Of a DNA stretch of 64,000 nucleotides, positions 1 to 12,400 are shown piece after piece. The notes beneath the pieces are model-generated. The model was not told the DNA's origin, searched no databases, and saw only the letters and a program-made list of their open reading frames with translations. The position numbers and the translations under genes were made by a program. The stretch comes from Hormiphora californensis (Eukaryota > Animalia > Ctenophora). The stretch spans positions 6,200,001-6,264,000 of the forward strand of contig CM035350.1 of the NCBI GenBank assembly GCA_020137815.1, given 5' to 3'. Position 1 is the stretch's first letter. The number at the start of each line of letters is the position of its first letter.

Positions 1-3000
1 TGAGGGAAAAGATCTGGTACCACGGTGACATATCCACAACCTCGGCCGTGTGGAGGGCACAACAAATCAGGAACGGCATCCAGCAGCAGAAGTCGGTGAA
101 GCAAATCAAAGTAACTTTACGGCCAAGTGATGATGAACTTGAGTTCTGGACACTCGTTTTTTTGGAGAGGATCGCTATCAGAATATGGCATATGGCTACA
201 GCTACAAAACATAATAAATGGAAGCTAAGGTAAAGCCACACGTAGCCTGCCTGTGGGTCATCAGGGAGGACAAACGCCTTGAACATACACACTGGGTCAT
301 TCCCATAGAACGAGAGTTTTGTGCCACTGGTTGATCCGTTGTAATCGCGAGAAAACATCTCAGAAACCATATTTTGAAGTACATTCCAAGAGACGGAAGT
401 ACCGGCTGATTCACTAGACCCGTGATTCCCATGATAGACACGAACAATATTCAAAAGTTGTTTTTTGCCCGTCACTCCGAGGAACAATGGAATATCCTGA
501 TATATCAACCCATTGACAAACCAGTCATCTAAATCATCGATAAGAGGTAGGACAGCCACACCAACGGCAAAAACTATAACACCACCAAGGATCAACGTTA
601 GCTTCATTTTAAGTTTCGTAGTAACTTCCTCAGACCGCCGGTATCGTAGTGCTTGCAAGGTACCTTGAAGTCTAAAACAGCTGACTAATGCCATAACCAG
701 GGAGGAGATCGTCCCGCCAGTGGTATTGAGAACACCAATCATTTCACATGTTCGTCCTCCCATCCACTCAAACTGCCTTTCACAAAACTCCAAACCTATG
801 TAGTAGTGTATGTAGGTAAGGGTCAGGAGATAGATTGATGTTAGGAGATCTCCACAAGATATGGCGAGAACCATGACATTGTTCACGTATTTTCCAGTCT
901 TTCTTGAGTCACGTATCTCCCAAAAAGCCTCGTATGCACTGGCTAAACTGAGTAATGCACCTACTACCCCCATGATAGGTCGATATGACCAATATACCAT
1001 CGATCATGACGAGTTTCCTCATACATTGATCGTTACATTCGTCGGATAGGTCAGCACAGTCAATCTTCCCATCGCATTGCTGATCCACGGTCAGGATACC
1101 AGAGCCGTTTGAACATTGGAAGTTGTTAATACACTTCTCCTCATCCGATCTGTCTCCACAATCATCAACCAGATCACATACTTTCTCAAACAGGATGCAA
1201 TTAGTGTTTTTACATACGAAAAAGTTGTTGTGGTATTTATCCCGAACTTTTTCGTCACCGTAAGGGAATTCAACCCAAGGTTAAGAGAGAAAATTGTGTG
1301 TCTCAAGTTGGGGCATGCACTTTGGTGAACCGGCCGTTTCAGGGGACACTCTGTGTTGAAACATAGGCCCGAACAACTGTGGTAGACATATTCTTCTCCG
1401 TATAGATACCTGCAATCTTGTTTCTCGCTCAGAAGTACTAATTCGGTAGTAAAGTTCTTCCCGAAAAAACATATGAAATGGGTGGCTGAATATTGTAGAG
1501 TTACATTTTTGACCTTTTAGGCGAAGGAGGTTCTCTAGTCCATTGGTGCACACGACGCTTTTCAAAGTCTGTCCATTAAGTGTTTTGCTCAGAATCAACT
1601 TTCGAGAGACCACGACTTTTCCAGCATTACATACACCTTCATCGCATTTGTTGGGAAAAGAACAAAGAAACCCTAACTCCAAAAATCTTGTCCTATCTTC
1701 CTTACAAAGAAATACATCCGAGCATTGATGGGCCAGGTATTTGACCCGTGTTCTTGTCCCTTTGCCACATGTTTCCCAATCTTTCCGTTCATCTTGTCCA
1801 TCCAAACAATCAATCACCCCATCTTGGACCCATTCTACGGGTATCGGGAGGAGCCCTTCGTTCTGACTGAAACTACGAACACACGTTTGTTTGGTCAGTT
1901 TGGAACACAGCTCCATTTTCTCGTCCGCTCCCTCAGCACAGTCCGCTCGACTGTTGCACAGCAAGTGTTTCTGGATGGTACATTGCCGGTTGATCGTAGG
2001 ACACTTTGTCTCTATTCGATCATCACATACGTACGCAGTCCCGTGTTTTGGGCATAGCACATATATTGATACTGTCGTGAGATAGCCGTTCACCAAACAT
2101 GACCCTGCGACTTTGGCGGGGTCAGTGCAGTTTGTTTGGTCTAAACTAAAAATGCAGTAACTGGGCGAACTGGCCAAAAAGTACCCTGTTATGTGCTCGA
2201 CGGAGGGCAGGGGGATAAAGCAGCGAGACCCGTTGTTCAAGGGAAACAGATAAACATCAAAAGTGTCAATGTAGATACACGTTGCTACAGTTGGGGGAAC
2301 CCTATTCGGCCTATTGAATGGCTCAAGGAAGTATTCCCCTTCGGTTTGAACGACACCACCGTAACTATATCCATTGCAGTCCCGTTCGTCCACACACAAC
2401 AAAAAGTCCGCTTTTGATCGTCCCTCTTGACCGGGTCGTTGTATTTCAATATCATCACATACTCCGTCACACAATGCTCCGTCCTTCATCCAAATATCTA
2501 CCTCGCCCCCATCAACAGTACTAATTGTATACCGAACTTGTACCCGTGCACTTGGGCACTCTTGGAGTGACTCGTGGAGCCGATATAGATGAACCTCAGG
2601 GTCGAAACACAAAACCCCACAAGCAGGTGACGTGCGGAACAACTCTCTGGCACGGGTCGGGTTGTAACCAGATGCCCCGCAAGCCTGGTACTGGGCAGGG
2701 TCATTAGGACACATCTTGTCCACAAAGGTCTTCAGAGTGCGTGCATACAGGTCACATGTCTGTGTTATAACAAACCTCACTGTGGGCGAGCCAATGCAAG
2801 ACATTCTCGTCGAGCCAAGTGCAGTGAATTCACGAAACACTTTCACATTGGGAAGGTTGTTGGTACATTTCCGGACCAGGAAATCCTCGTTGATACTGGA
2901 TATCGGACACTCACCGTCATCATCCCCGGCCGTGGGAGTGGTGTTGGAAGGTGTTGTTTCACAGTCCACAAGGGTGACAAGACAAAGCAACAGCGCAATC

Positions 3001-3002
3001 AT
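1..3002 (-). CDS. LDLa-repeat-containing rhodopsin-class GPCR (GRL101/LGR-like); frameshifted, 3' end runs off the window
   Basis: ORF 1281..3002 has a signal peptide and Cys-rich LDLa-like motifs (LCDGVCDDIE, LCNSRADCAEGADE, QDGVIDCLDGQDE). Minus-strand translation of 1..130 gives RKVTLICFTDFCCWMPFLICCAL, the TM6 TDFxCWxP signature of LGR-type receptors. Confidence 0.8.
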
Positions 3003-3510
3003 GATTTGAATTGAAGACTTTGTTTTTAGAAAAACTACTTTTAAAGGGATATTCTGTCAATTCGTCACATTGACGTGCAATGAGCATTGTCGCAAATAGC
3101 ACTCATGTGCAGGAGTCCTGCATTCATGAAACAAAGAAGAAAACAAATGGAAGGCGACAACTTTATAAAAGTATTAAACGTAGATATATGATGTGCCTTT
3201 CCCTGATCCCCATCTTTGAACTTTGTAGAGCAGCTTTTCGCACTTCTGCAGTTTTATGAAGAGCTTCTTTATTTTTCATTTCCAAGAAACTGGACTGTGG
3301 TGTGAGTTGTGACCCCGAGAGACTGCAAACTCTCAGTGACTAGTGAGAATGCCCATCTCTGTGCAGTCTGGGTGGGAAGCTGTAAAAACCCAAGTATGAA
3401 TAGGTCGTGTGATCACTACTACACTCCTACCGGAATATCCATAATCCGTACTCCAAAAAAAGCAACCACTTTCATCTTTTTTAAACGTTATTCTGGCCAA
3501 ACTAAGGCTG

Positions 3511-3790
3511 GATAAACTTGATAAACTTGATAAATAAACTTCATTACAGAATCGTAAACGGTGTCAGTCTTTCAGCATCCCCCTTTTGCTCGAACCTCCA
3601 AAACCCAGTCCATGATAGAATTGTTGTTCCGGGTAGTGTAACCCTTCACAGGTGGATTGTCAGGGAAGTGGTCGAGCCAACGGCCCAGCAGGATCTTGAA
3701 CGTGTCTAAGGTCACTGCTGTATTAACCTATTTCGGTAATGTGTTCCATAACCGAGCGGCCCTCACAGTAAAGGAGTGGAAGTATTTTGT
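3511..3790 (-). mobile_element. 3' fragment of a CR1-group LINE
   Basis: Minus strand reads SFTVRAARLWNTLP...FPDNPPVKGY...NNSIMDW (with a stop), homologous to the C-terminus of the RT at 42852..44804. Tandem (AAGTTTATC)n tail at 3511..3540. Confidence 0.75.
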
Positions 3791-4736
3791 CGAGAATGGA
3801 CAGGATTCAATATGAACAGTGAATTTTTCAGCAACTCAATTCCTGTTAACTAGGTTAACATACGCGATATGCTAGACTATGGAGCCTGGAGGGTGCGCCG
3901 GGGGTACTGGGGAGTAAAATGGAGTAAAAAACGAAAATTCAAGTTTTGGAAGCGAGGTTTTTTTACGTTTTTAACATTTACTGTTTCGTATCATTTTACG
4001 CTGCAAAAAACCAATTTAAATGGAACCGGCGAAAAAAAAAACAAAGTGTTTACGCTGCATTCTGTTAACTTCGGCGCCGCGCTCCCAGTGTTGAACCAGC
4101 ACTGTTTGATGAGGAAGATATTAAAATTAGCTTTACCAGCACTGTTTGACAGTATTGACACTGAATCAATCAGGAGATCAGCTGCCACAACCAAGGGAGG
4201 GGCAGGTCCCAGTGGAATGACCGATGCACTGTGGGCGAGAATGTTGTGTAGTAGAACATCGGCATCGGGGAAATACTCCGGCGTATCATTGGGCGTACTG
4301 TTGTCTGCCATCTACACAGTGACATCATTGAAGCAGCCGGGCCACTGCAGCTTGCCTCTGGTCTTCAGGGTGGAATTGAGGCTGCCGTCCACAGCATGTC
4401 TAGCATGTTTGATGACGATGGCTCTGAGGGAGTGCTCTTAGCGGATGCAACCAACGCCTTTAACGTGCTTAATCGGGCTACCGCTCTCGTCAATCTCCGA
4501 TACCTCTGCCCCCCTCTCGCCACCTTCACGATCAACATCTACCGATCCCCTGCCAAACTTTTCCTACAGAATGGAACTTTCATTCTGAGTAGTGAAGGCA
4601 CCACTCAGGGTTGCAACCTTGCATCTCCCTGGTACTGCATCAGCCTGAATCCTCTCATCTCAGCCCTTTCCGAGGCAGACTGTGCACAGATCTTCTTTGC
4701 CGATGACGGTGCATCTGTTGGGAAACTCTTGGCTAT

Positions 4737-4763
4737 ACACTACTTTAAACAAATTAATTTGAG
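4737..4763 (+). other. Genomic relic of ctenophore spliced leader (3' 27 nt)
   Basis: ACACTACTTTAAACAAATTAATTTGAG matches the 3' part of the Pleurobrachia SL as recalled, not searched. Its last 16 nt recur at 45380..45395. Confidence 0.8.
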
Positions 4764-4806
4764 TTTCAGCAATATGGCAAAGTAACGGCCCCAAAGGGCA
4801 GAACGA

Positions 4807-5790
4807 ATGAGAATGGCAAACGATCAAGCGGAGGAAACTAAACGAGGTTTAATATTCGATGTACAACGGTTCCTGACGTTGGTCAAGTGTGGAGAGAGCT
4901 CTGTTGCTGATAGTGTCAGAAAAACGATAAGGAGAAGTCCTGATTTTGATGACACTGAAATACCAGCAGAAATTAAAATCAACCCGGTACACACGAAGCG
5001 TGAGTTACAAATACTGATAGAAGAAATGTGCTGTGCGATCTTTCCAGTTCTAAAACACTTTCATCGCCATGTCTTTGCCGAGAAATCCCCTGAGGTGGAA
5101 CTCAAAGAGGAGCTCGACGAACTCAAAGAGGAGCGAGATGAACTGTTGAGAAAATCTGTCGAGTTGCAGGAGCAGGAGGATAAGTTGAAAGTGGAGTGTG
5201 ATGATCTTTTGAGAAGAACTGTCAAGTTACAAGAGCAGGTTATAGAGCTTCAGGGCGAGCAACTGCATCGAGTTACCGAGACGGTACAGAAGGATTTGCG
5301 TACTTTCTCAGCGGTCGTTACTCAGAATTGCAGGACTGCGTTTGCACCGAAAAAGATCCAGAAAGCCGTGGAAAAAGTTACGCACAAGCCAGTAGATACC
5401 GGCCCAGACAGATCGAAAAATCTGATGGTGTTTGGTCTACCGGAATGTGAGGATGAAACTGAATCTGTGTTAAAGGGTAAAATGGAAAATGTTTTGGCTG
5501 AGCTAGGCGAGAAACCGACGATAGAAGCTAAAAGGGTGGGTTTGAAACGGGGAGGAAGGGAGAGACCAGTGATTGTGAAGCTACAGAGTAAGGAAATGCT
5601 GCTGAGCCTTCTCCAAAAGGCAAAGCAGCTAAAACAGACAGAATCGTACTGCGGTGTATATCTTGCAAGGGATATGTCCTTCGCAGAGAGAAGTGAGAGG
5701 AGAGAACTCCAGCAAACATTGAAGGAGTTGAGGGATTCGAATCCTGGAGGACAATTCCGGGTACGGAGAGGGGTGATAGACTTTACATAA
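4807..5790 (+). CDS. LINE ORF1p-like protein (coiled coil + RRM + CTD), intact 327 aa
   Basis: Heptad coiled coil followed by RSKNLMVFGLPE, RPVIVKL and VYLARDMSFAERSERREL, typical of CR1/L2/L1-type ORF1p. No RT or endonuclease follows. Confidence 0.8.
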   Translation: MRMANDQAEETKRGLIFDVQRFLTLVKCGESSVADSVRKTIRRSPDFDDTEIPAEIKINPVHTKRELQILIEEMCCAIFPVLKHFHRHVFAEKSPEVELKEELDELKEERDELLRKSVELQEQEDKLKVECDDLLRRTVKLQEQVIELQGEQLHRVTETVQKDLRTFSAVVTQNCRTAFAPKKIQKAVEKVTHKPVDTGPDRSKNLMVFGLPECEDETESVLKGKMENVLAELGEKPTIEAKRVGLKRGGRERPVIVKLQSKEMLLSLLQKAKQLKQTESYCGVYLARDMSFAERSERRELQQTLKELRDSNPGGQFRVRRGVIDFT

Positions 5791-8700
5791 TAGGCATCTT
5801 CAATGAATATCTATTGGTGACCCGTATTTGCCCACAAAAAGGGGCTTATTTATACAATTAAATTGTGTAAGTTATAAAGATTTAATAATAATAATAATAA
5901 TTGGCTATGCGGAAGTGGTGGGACATTCTGTGCGAAGTTGGCCCAGGATTAGGCTATTTCCCCAATGGAAAGAAGTCTGTGCTGATCGTCAAACCTGGGC
6001 TTGAGAACACTGCCAGCTCTATTTTCAAGGACACAGGTGTGCATATTACATCAGAGGGACAGAGATATCTCGGAGCTCCCCTAGGTACCGACGAGTTTAA
6101 GAAACAGTACGTCAGTCAACAGGTTGAGACGTGGGCCCAGGAGCTTACAGACTTATCGGATTTTTCAACATCTGAGCCCCATCCATCATTCTCTGCTTAC
6201 ATCATGGGACTCTCCAAACGGTGGTTGTTTATTATGAGAACTACCAAGGACATCTCTGGTCTCTTCCAGCCACTGGAAGACATCATATCATCCACTTTCA
6301 TCCCAAAAACAATCAGCAACCAACTGACACCGAACAATCGGAAGCTCTTGTCACTCCCTGCCCGCCACGGGGGCCTTGGAATCTTTAATCCCGTCGAGAT
6401 CGCGGATTTCGAATACACCAGTTCTGCTGCAGCTACTGCACCACTCTCCAAAAATCATTAACGGACAGAAAACACAATTTGATCCAGAGAGTTTGCATTT
6501 GCTGAAGCGGGATCTGGTGTCTGCGAAATCCGAGATGTTGACCACCAAACGGCTGAGCCAGACCAAGGCTGAAGAGCTTGTGAGAGAGGCACTGCCACCC
6601 ACCGAACAGCGTTTTCACCAAGAGAGAACACGGCGAGGATCGTCCATATGGGTAACATCTCTCCCCCTCAAGGAACATAGGTTCAATCTGAACAAACAGG
6701 AGTTCTGGGACTCCATGTCCCTCCGCTACTGCTTGGAACTTGAGGGTAGACCACCAAACTGTCCGTGTGGAAAACCTAACACCACTGAACACAGCCTCTC
6801 TTGTCATCTTGGTGGTTACGTGCAGCTGCGGCATAATGAGATCCGGGACCTTACTGCAAACCTGCTGAAAGAGGCGGGATGCCGTGATGTTTCAAGAGAA
6901 CCCCATCTTCTCCCAATCACTGGCGAAACCTTCCGGCTAAAATCAGCAAACACTGCCAACGATGCTCGCCTTGATGTTGCTGCCAGGGATTTTTGGCTTC
7001 CCATGGACAAAATTTACACAGATGTGCGCATCTTCAATCCATTGGCTCCCACAAACAGTGCCATTCCTCTTGATACAGCTCTGAAACGACACGAGGACGA
7101 GAAAAAACGCTGCTATAACGAACGTGTCCTTGAGGTTGAACAGAGTTGTTTTTGCCCACTCGTGTTTTCAGTAACTGGTGCCCTGGGCAACGAGGCAGAA
7201 AAATTCTACAGGCGCCTTGCCAAGCTGCTTGCTGACAAAACACACCAGGCTTACTCTGACACCATCCGTTACATTAGGCAGCGGTTGTCTTTCACCCTGC
7301 TCAGAACAACTGTCATTAGCTTGAGATGGCATAGAGGCAATAAGTTCACTAAAACGAGGCAGTATAAGAGCGAACTCAATGACATTAACTTATTATATAA
7401 CACTTTTAATTCTACCAAATTTAATCAATTTTAATCAATGCAGTAATTTATTAATCTTCTCCCCCATGGGAGACCGGTATTTTCATATTGATATTGTTAT
7501 CTAATCCCATTTTAACCCCCTTTTAGAAAAAAAAAAAACGTAACGCGGTTTTTTTTTTTTAAAAAGCGTGCGTTTTTAATTTTTAATTTTTCCCGTTTCC
7601 GCATCTTCCCCGCTCTAACATTTGTCACTCTCTGTATTACACGGCATGTGTATGTCACGGTTTCACAGATGATAACTTCGCAGCGGCATGTGTATGTTAC
7701 GATTTCATAGATGTTAACTTTGCAGCGGGCGCCGGGCAGCCACCTTATCTTGGCCTTTCGAGTTTGTGTAGAGTTGAGTAGATGAGGTTGCAGACTGGCT
7801 GAGAGAGGCCGAAGAAAGAAGAGTGAAGACCATACACTCCGTTTTAAACGTTTTTCTCGATAAAAAACTATGCCTTGTATGTCCAGACAATAATATCCAC
7901 CGAAACAAACTCTGTATCGAAATACACACTCTCAAGGACTGCATGTTTGAAGGACAGCTAATTTATTTATTTATTGTTTGCATTATTTGTACAGTTTGTT
8001 TGACTTTGGTGGTCTGTCGGTGGGTTGATTTGTTGGTCTATTTATTTGTCGGTGGGTTGATTTGTTGGTCTATTTATTTGTCCCGATGTTCTAGTAACTG
8101 TTATGATCGTGTTTTGAATGTTCGTGGTATATGTTCGTGTTTTGTATGTTCGTGTTTTGTATGTTCGTGTTTATTTTCGTGTTCGTATGTTCGTGTTTTG
8201 TTATGCTCGTGTTTTGTATCTGTACCACTTTTGAAAGTGAGAGAGTATGTCAAGCGTAGGCTGTTGGTGCGTGCTCCATTATTTTACACTATAAAGTGGT
8301 ATATATAAATGATTATATTACATTTACATTTACATTTACACCTGTTTGACCCCCTATCAGGCCAATGCCCTGACTACAGTTCTCGCGCTCCTTATTTGAG
8401 AGAAATGAGAATAGGGCCATGCCAATGCTCTGAATGCTCTGACAGTTGACCCCGGTAGTAAGGTCCATATTCTACAAGCGTTGTCTTATCTGCAGACTGC
8501 ACAGTGCACAGCGCACTCTGTAGCATATATGCCCAACGGTGCTGTAGCAAAAAGGACATAGGCAATTGACTACAGCAATACCAATGTTGAGAATCTCTGC
8601 CTAAATCTCCTCAAATCTTCAAATTTTCAAAAATAGTTTGACTAATAATGTCGAGACATCCACATTTAAAACAAACGCTTCGGCCTCTCTGAACTCATCC

Positions 8701-9408
8701 GGTTTTTGCCCGACCTACGAACAGGGGTGGTGCGTTGCAATAAATGTAAGGAGAGTCTTCGGTAATATTGGAGTTGTAAATGCTTTTTTGCTGTCTTTAT
8801 ATTCTGAGTAACTAGTAGGGTAGTTTTTAAATAGACAATTTGACAAAGGAGGACCCACGAGATTTCTGCACATGTTGAACTTGGTTGGACGTTGGTAGTT
8901 CACTGTTGGAGGTTCGAACTTTGTATTTTATAAAAACCAGACACAGAATTGAATTCTTTTACATTCCATAAAATTGTTAGCATGTGAGATGTAATTAGCA
9001 GTACTTAAGTGTGCAATCTAACACCCAATTGGTAATTATTGTTCTATAATTACACGTCACACTCCGGTATTGAAAGGTGATACGATACCTGACCTGCCCC
9101 CACACTGTCTCTCATTTCTCATCACTACATCTTCTCTTTTTTACAGCTTGTGCGTTCTATTTCTGTCAGCTGCTATTTGCACCTTTGCTAATAAGCCGTT
9201 TTTTCTACATGTGTGTGTAACCATTCTGAAATTACTTCCATGACTTCACAGAGTCTAAATAGTAAATACCAGTACGCAATCCTACATCCTTCAGTTGTAT
9301 TTTCAACTGATTCCGTCATGTATCATCATCATTGTAATTGCTACTCACCGAGTATTTCAGCTAAATAGCTGCCCTCCTATCAGCTAAATAACTGCCCCCC
9401 TGATAGTG

Positions 9409-12400
9409 ATGGTTGACAGGAGACGCCGCCAACGGAACCGTTCTGACGTTAGTAGTGAAGAAGAGGACAATGTGTGGAGTGGGGTGAGTGGGGTCATTGT
9501 GTTTGTAGTTTGGGATTAGCTAGAGTAATACTAGTAATTAGGGCAGCGACTGGCTAGTGGCTATCGCCTAATTGAAATGGCGGCTAATTTGAAACACCCC
9601 CTCTACAGGCCAGCAGGTGCACCAGATTTGGATTTTTAGACATCAGTGGGCTTGGCATAAGTTCTGACTAGCCCACTGATGTCTAAAAATCCAAACCTGG
9701 TGCACCTGCTGGCCTGTAGAAGGGGTGTTTCAAATTAGCCGCCACTTCAAATAGCCAGTCGCTACCCTACTAATAACCTCACTGTTTACAACTGTGATTA
9801 CGGGTTATCATGGGGGAATATCTAGGGGGGATACCTATGGGAAATATCCTGTGGAATATCTAGAGGGATGTTAGTATTTGGCCCGGGGCCCCCTATTCTC
9901 ATGTTTTAAACCCTTTGGGGACGATAACCCCCCCTGTCGACAGAATTCTCTAAAACAGGGTTCGAAGGACACCTTTTGTATTTGGTGGTATGTAGATCCG
10001 CAACTCCACGTGAAGTTGTTTGTTTTCAGACTGTGTCATGGATCTTTCCACACGGCGGTTTCAATTCGTCCCTAAAATATTTTACTCTTTGTCTTCCCTG
10101 TGCCCTAATTAACCTGGACAGTGTGTGTCTAATCAGTCCCACACGTGTGTGCCCTAATTAGGACCTAGTGTTCTAATTACCCCTCCCTTTCAGTCTGACG
10201 CCACTGAATCTGACGCCAGCGAGGATGTTGAGGTAAGAAGTGGGTTGGTGCACTGGGGCTGAGAGACAACAAAGAGATACATAATCACAGCTCAAAGAGA
10301 GATAGGGAAAGAGAGATTGTAAACAAATCAACAAAATTAAAGCAACTGTTGCAAATATAATCACAGTCTCTTACTCTCGTTTAATTCGCTCTGATGCTCG
10401 TCTAGTTCTAACCGTGCGTTATTGTTGTTGGGCAACCGACCCTCTTCTTTTCTCTCCTTGAGTCTCCCTGAACCTATTGCAGTTATAGTCTTAGCGGCCT
10501 TAGTTTATTCCTAATTTGAGAGATGTCGATCCCACACAAAAAGAAGCTGCTGTATCTGTTGGTAGCTCTCTCCCTAACACTCCTGATTTACCATGTGGTA
10601 GTTGGGTGGTACCCTTCGTGGGGTGACTCACAGCTGTTGAACAAAGGAAGAACACATTCTCCTTACCTCTCCACCGCGATTATTGGTCGTGATTCTCTCT
10701 GCTGCGCCCAATGCCCACCTTCGCTCTGTCCTTCGTACCAAGGGATGGATTCACCAACTACCTTCCAATGTACAGTACAAGTTTCTAGTGGGGGAACACC
10801 CCAATATCTCAACACAGCACGAAGGTGATGTGCATGGTGATGTGGTGGTGTGGCCTGGTCCTGACACCTACCAGAACATTGTCCACAAGATCACCTGGTT
10901 TCTGGTGTGGTCTATAGAGCACGGGACACACTGGGACTATCTGATTAAAACTGACGACGATTCTTTCATCAAAATCAATAACCTGGTCACAATGATAAGA
11001 GGAGGAGATTACGGGGGAGATTGTATTATGGGGAAGGAGGTTTATCGGACTGGGAAACTGGGGGTAGACCACCATCATTACCCGTATACCACCTTCCCGG
11101 ATTACGCAGCCGGAGCGGGTTATTTTCTCTCTAGACGGCTTGTGAAGGCAGCAACTCAGCTCATGTGGCAGATACCCCAGTTTGGGGTCGAGGACGCATA
11201 CCTAGGGGTGGTGTGTAGCTCCATATCATGGTGTCACGTGACATGTATTCCTGGCATGTTCCATGGGAATTGGAAGGAGGTAACGAGGGGAGGTAACACC
11301 AGTCGAGTTGTTCTTCTGCACAAGGTCGCAATTGGAGATATTGAACTCGTTAATGAGATGATGATGTGATAATGTGCGTGTTTTCTCTCATGAGTGTGTG
11401 TGACATGTGCACACCTCAGTCAGCAGCACTAAGCAGTGTTATACATTTTGGGCTGATCTGTATGTGTGCCCGGGCAGTTTCAATTGTATTTTCAAAGTAT
11501 TTTGCGGAGGGCGCCCCGACATCACAAAGACTGTCTTGTTTCTATGCGCTCATCGCGCGCGCACATTCCGCGCGTTGAGCGGGCCTTCCTCGGTTCACTG
11601 ACACCGGCGTCAATGTCCCTCATTGTCTCTCGGTCACTCCCCTCTTATCCAGACACCTCACACCAATCAATATCTTTTCATGGCCATCACTGTCTCCTTA
11701 CAGTAAGGACCTTACTGCTAACAAATATTCATATTTTCAGAGCGAGGAAGTTGCCAGTCTACCAGCGGAAGAGCCAGATCAGCCTAAAGTTGAGACAACT
11801 GCAGATAGTACCACAACTGCAGCGGATGTAGCTGTCCCGGAGAAGGAAGATACCAAGGAGAAGGAGGAGGGAGAACAACTTGCTAAACCGACAGATGTTG
11901 AACCAGCTGAGAAGGGGACTAAAGAGGAGAAAGAGGAAGGGGATGAAGAGGAGTATGTTGACTATGAAGAGGAGGGAGGGAGTGAGGGAGATAGTGAGGA
12001 CGGTAATGATGAAGAGGATGAGGACGGAGAGAAATCTGATGAGGAGAGTCCCACCCACATCCCCAGACGAGGTCGGTTTTACCAACACGATGATAGGAAC
12101 TACGTTGAGACCAGTTCAGCCCCACCAACAGGGTAAGTAAGGGTGGGTCAGCAGGGTAGCTACCAACCAATCATTGCCAGCATTGTAGAGTGAAGGTTTA
12201 AATTTCGCTCTCTTTGCACCCCCATTTCTCACTGCACACCGCCCTTTACTTAACTACAGTACTATAACAGTCGTGTTAGGTTTCTAATCCCACTATTTCC
12301 TATTTCTACTAAGTAGGCCCCCTCTCACTATTGCTATAAGAGTCTCCGTTGCCATAGTAATTGACCCCTCCCTACAGAGACCGTGGAGAAGAGGGTGGCA

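Larger units (their letters stand above)
4737..5900 (+). mobile_element. SL-headed, ORF1-only non-autonomous retroposon with (TAA)n tail and 8-bp TSD
   Basis: TTGGCTAT is duplicated at 4729..4736 and 5901..5908. Removing the insert restores the host RT frame (ADDGASVGKLLAMRKWWD). (TAA)n tail at 5883..5900. Confidence 0.88.
4081..7500 (+). mobile_element. CRE-clade non-LTR retrotransposon (RT + restriction-like endonuclease), 5'-truncated and disrupted, copy 1
   Basis: GAGPSG, IGIGEILRR, DATNAFN, EGTTQG, FADDG, RYLGAPLG, CPCG...HSLSC zinc knuckle, RHNEIRD, RLDV, EKKRCY. Has an internal deletion near 4257, an insertion at 4737..5900 and a frameshift near 6450. Ends are approximate. Confidence 0.88.
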
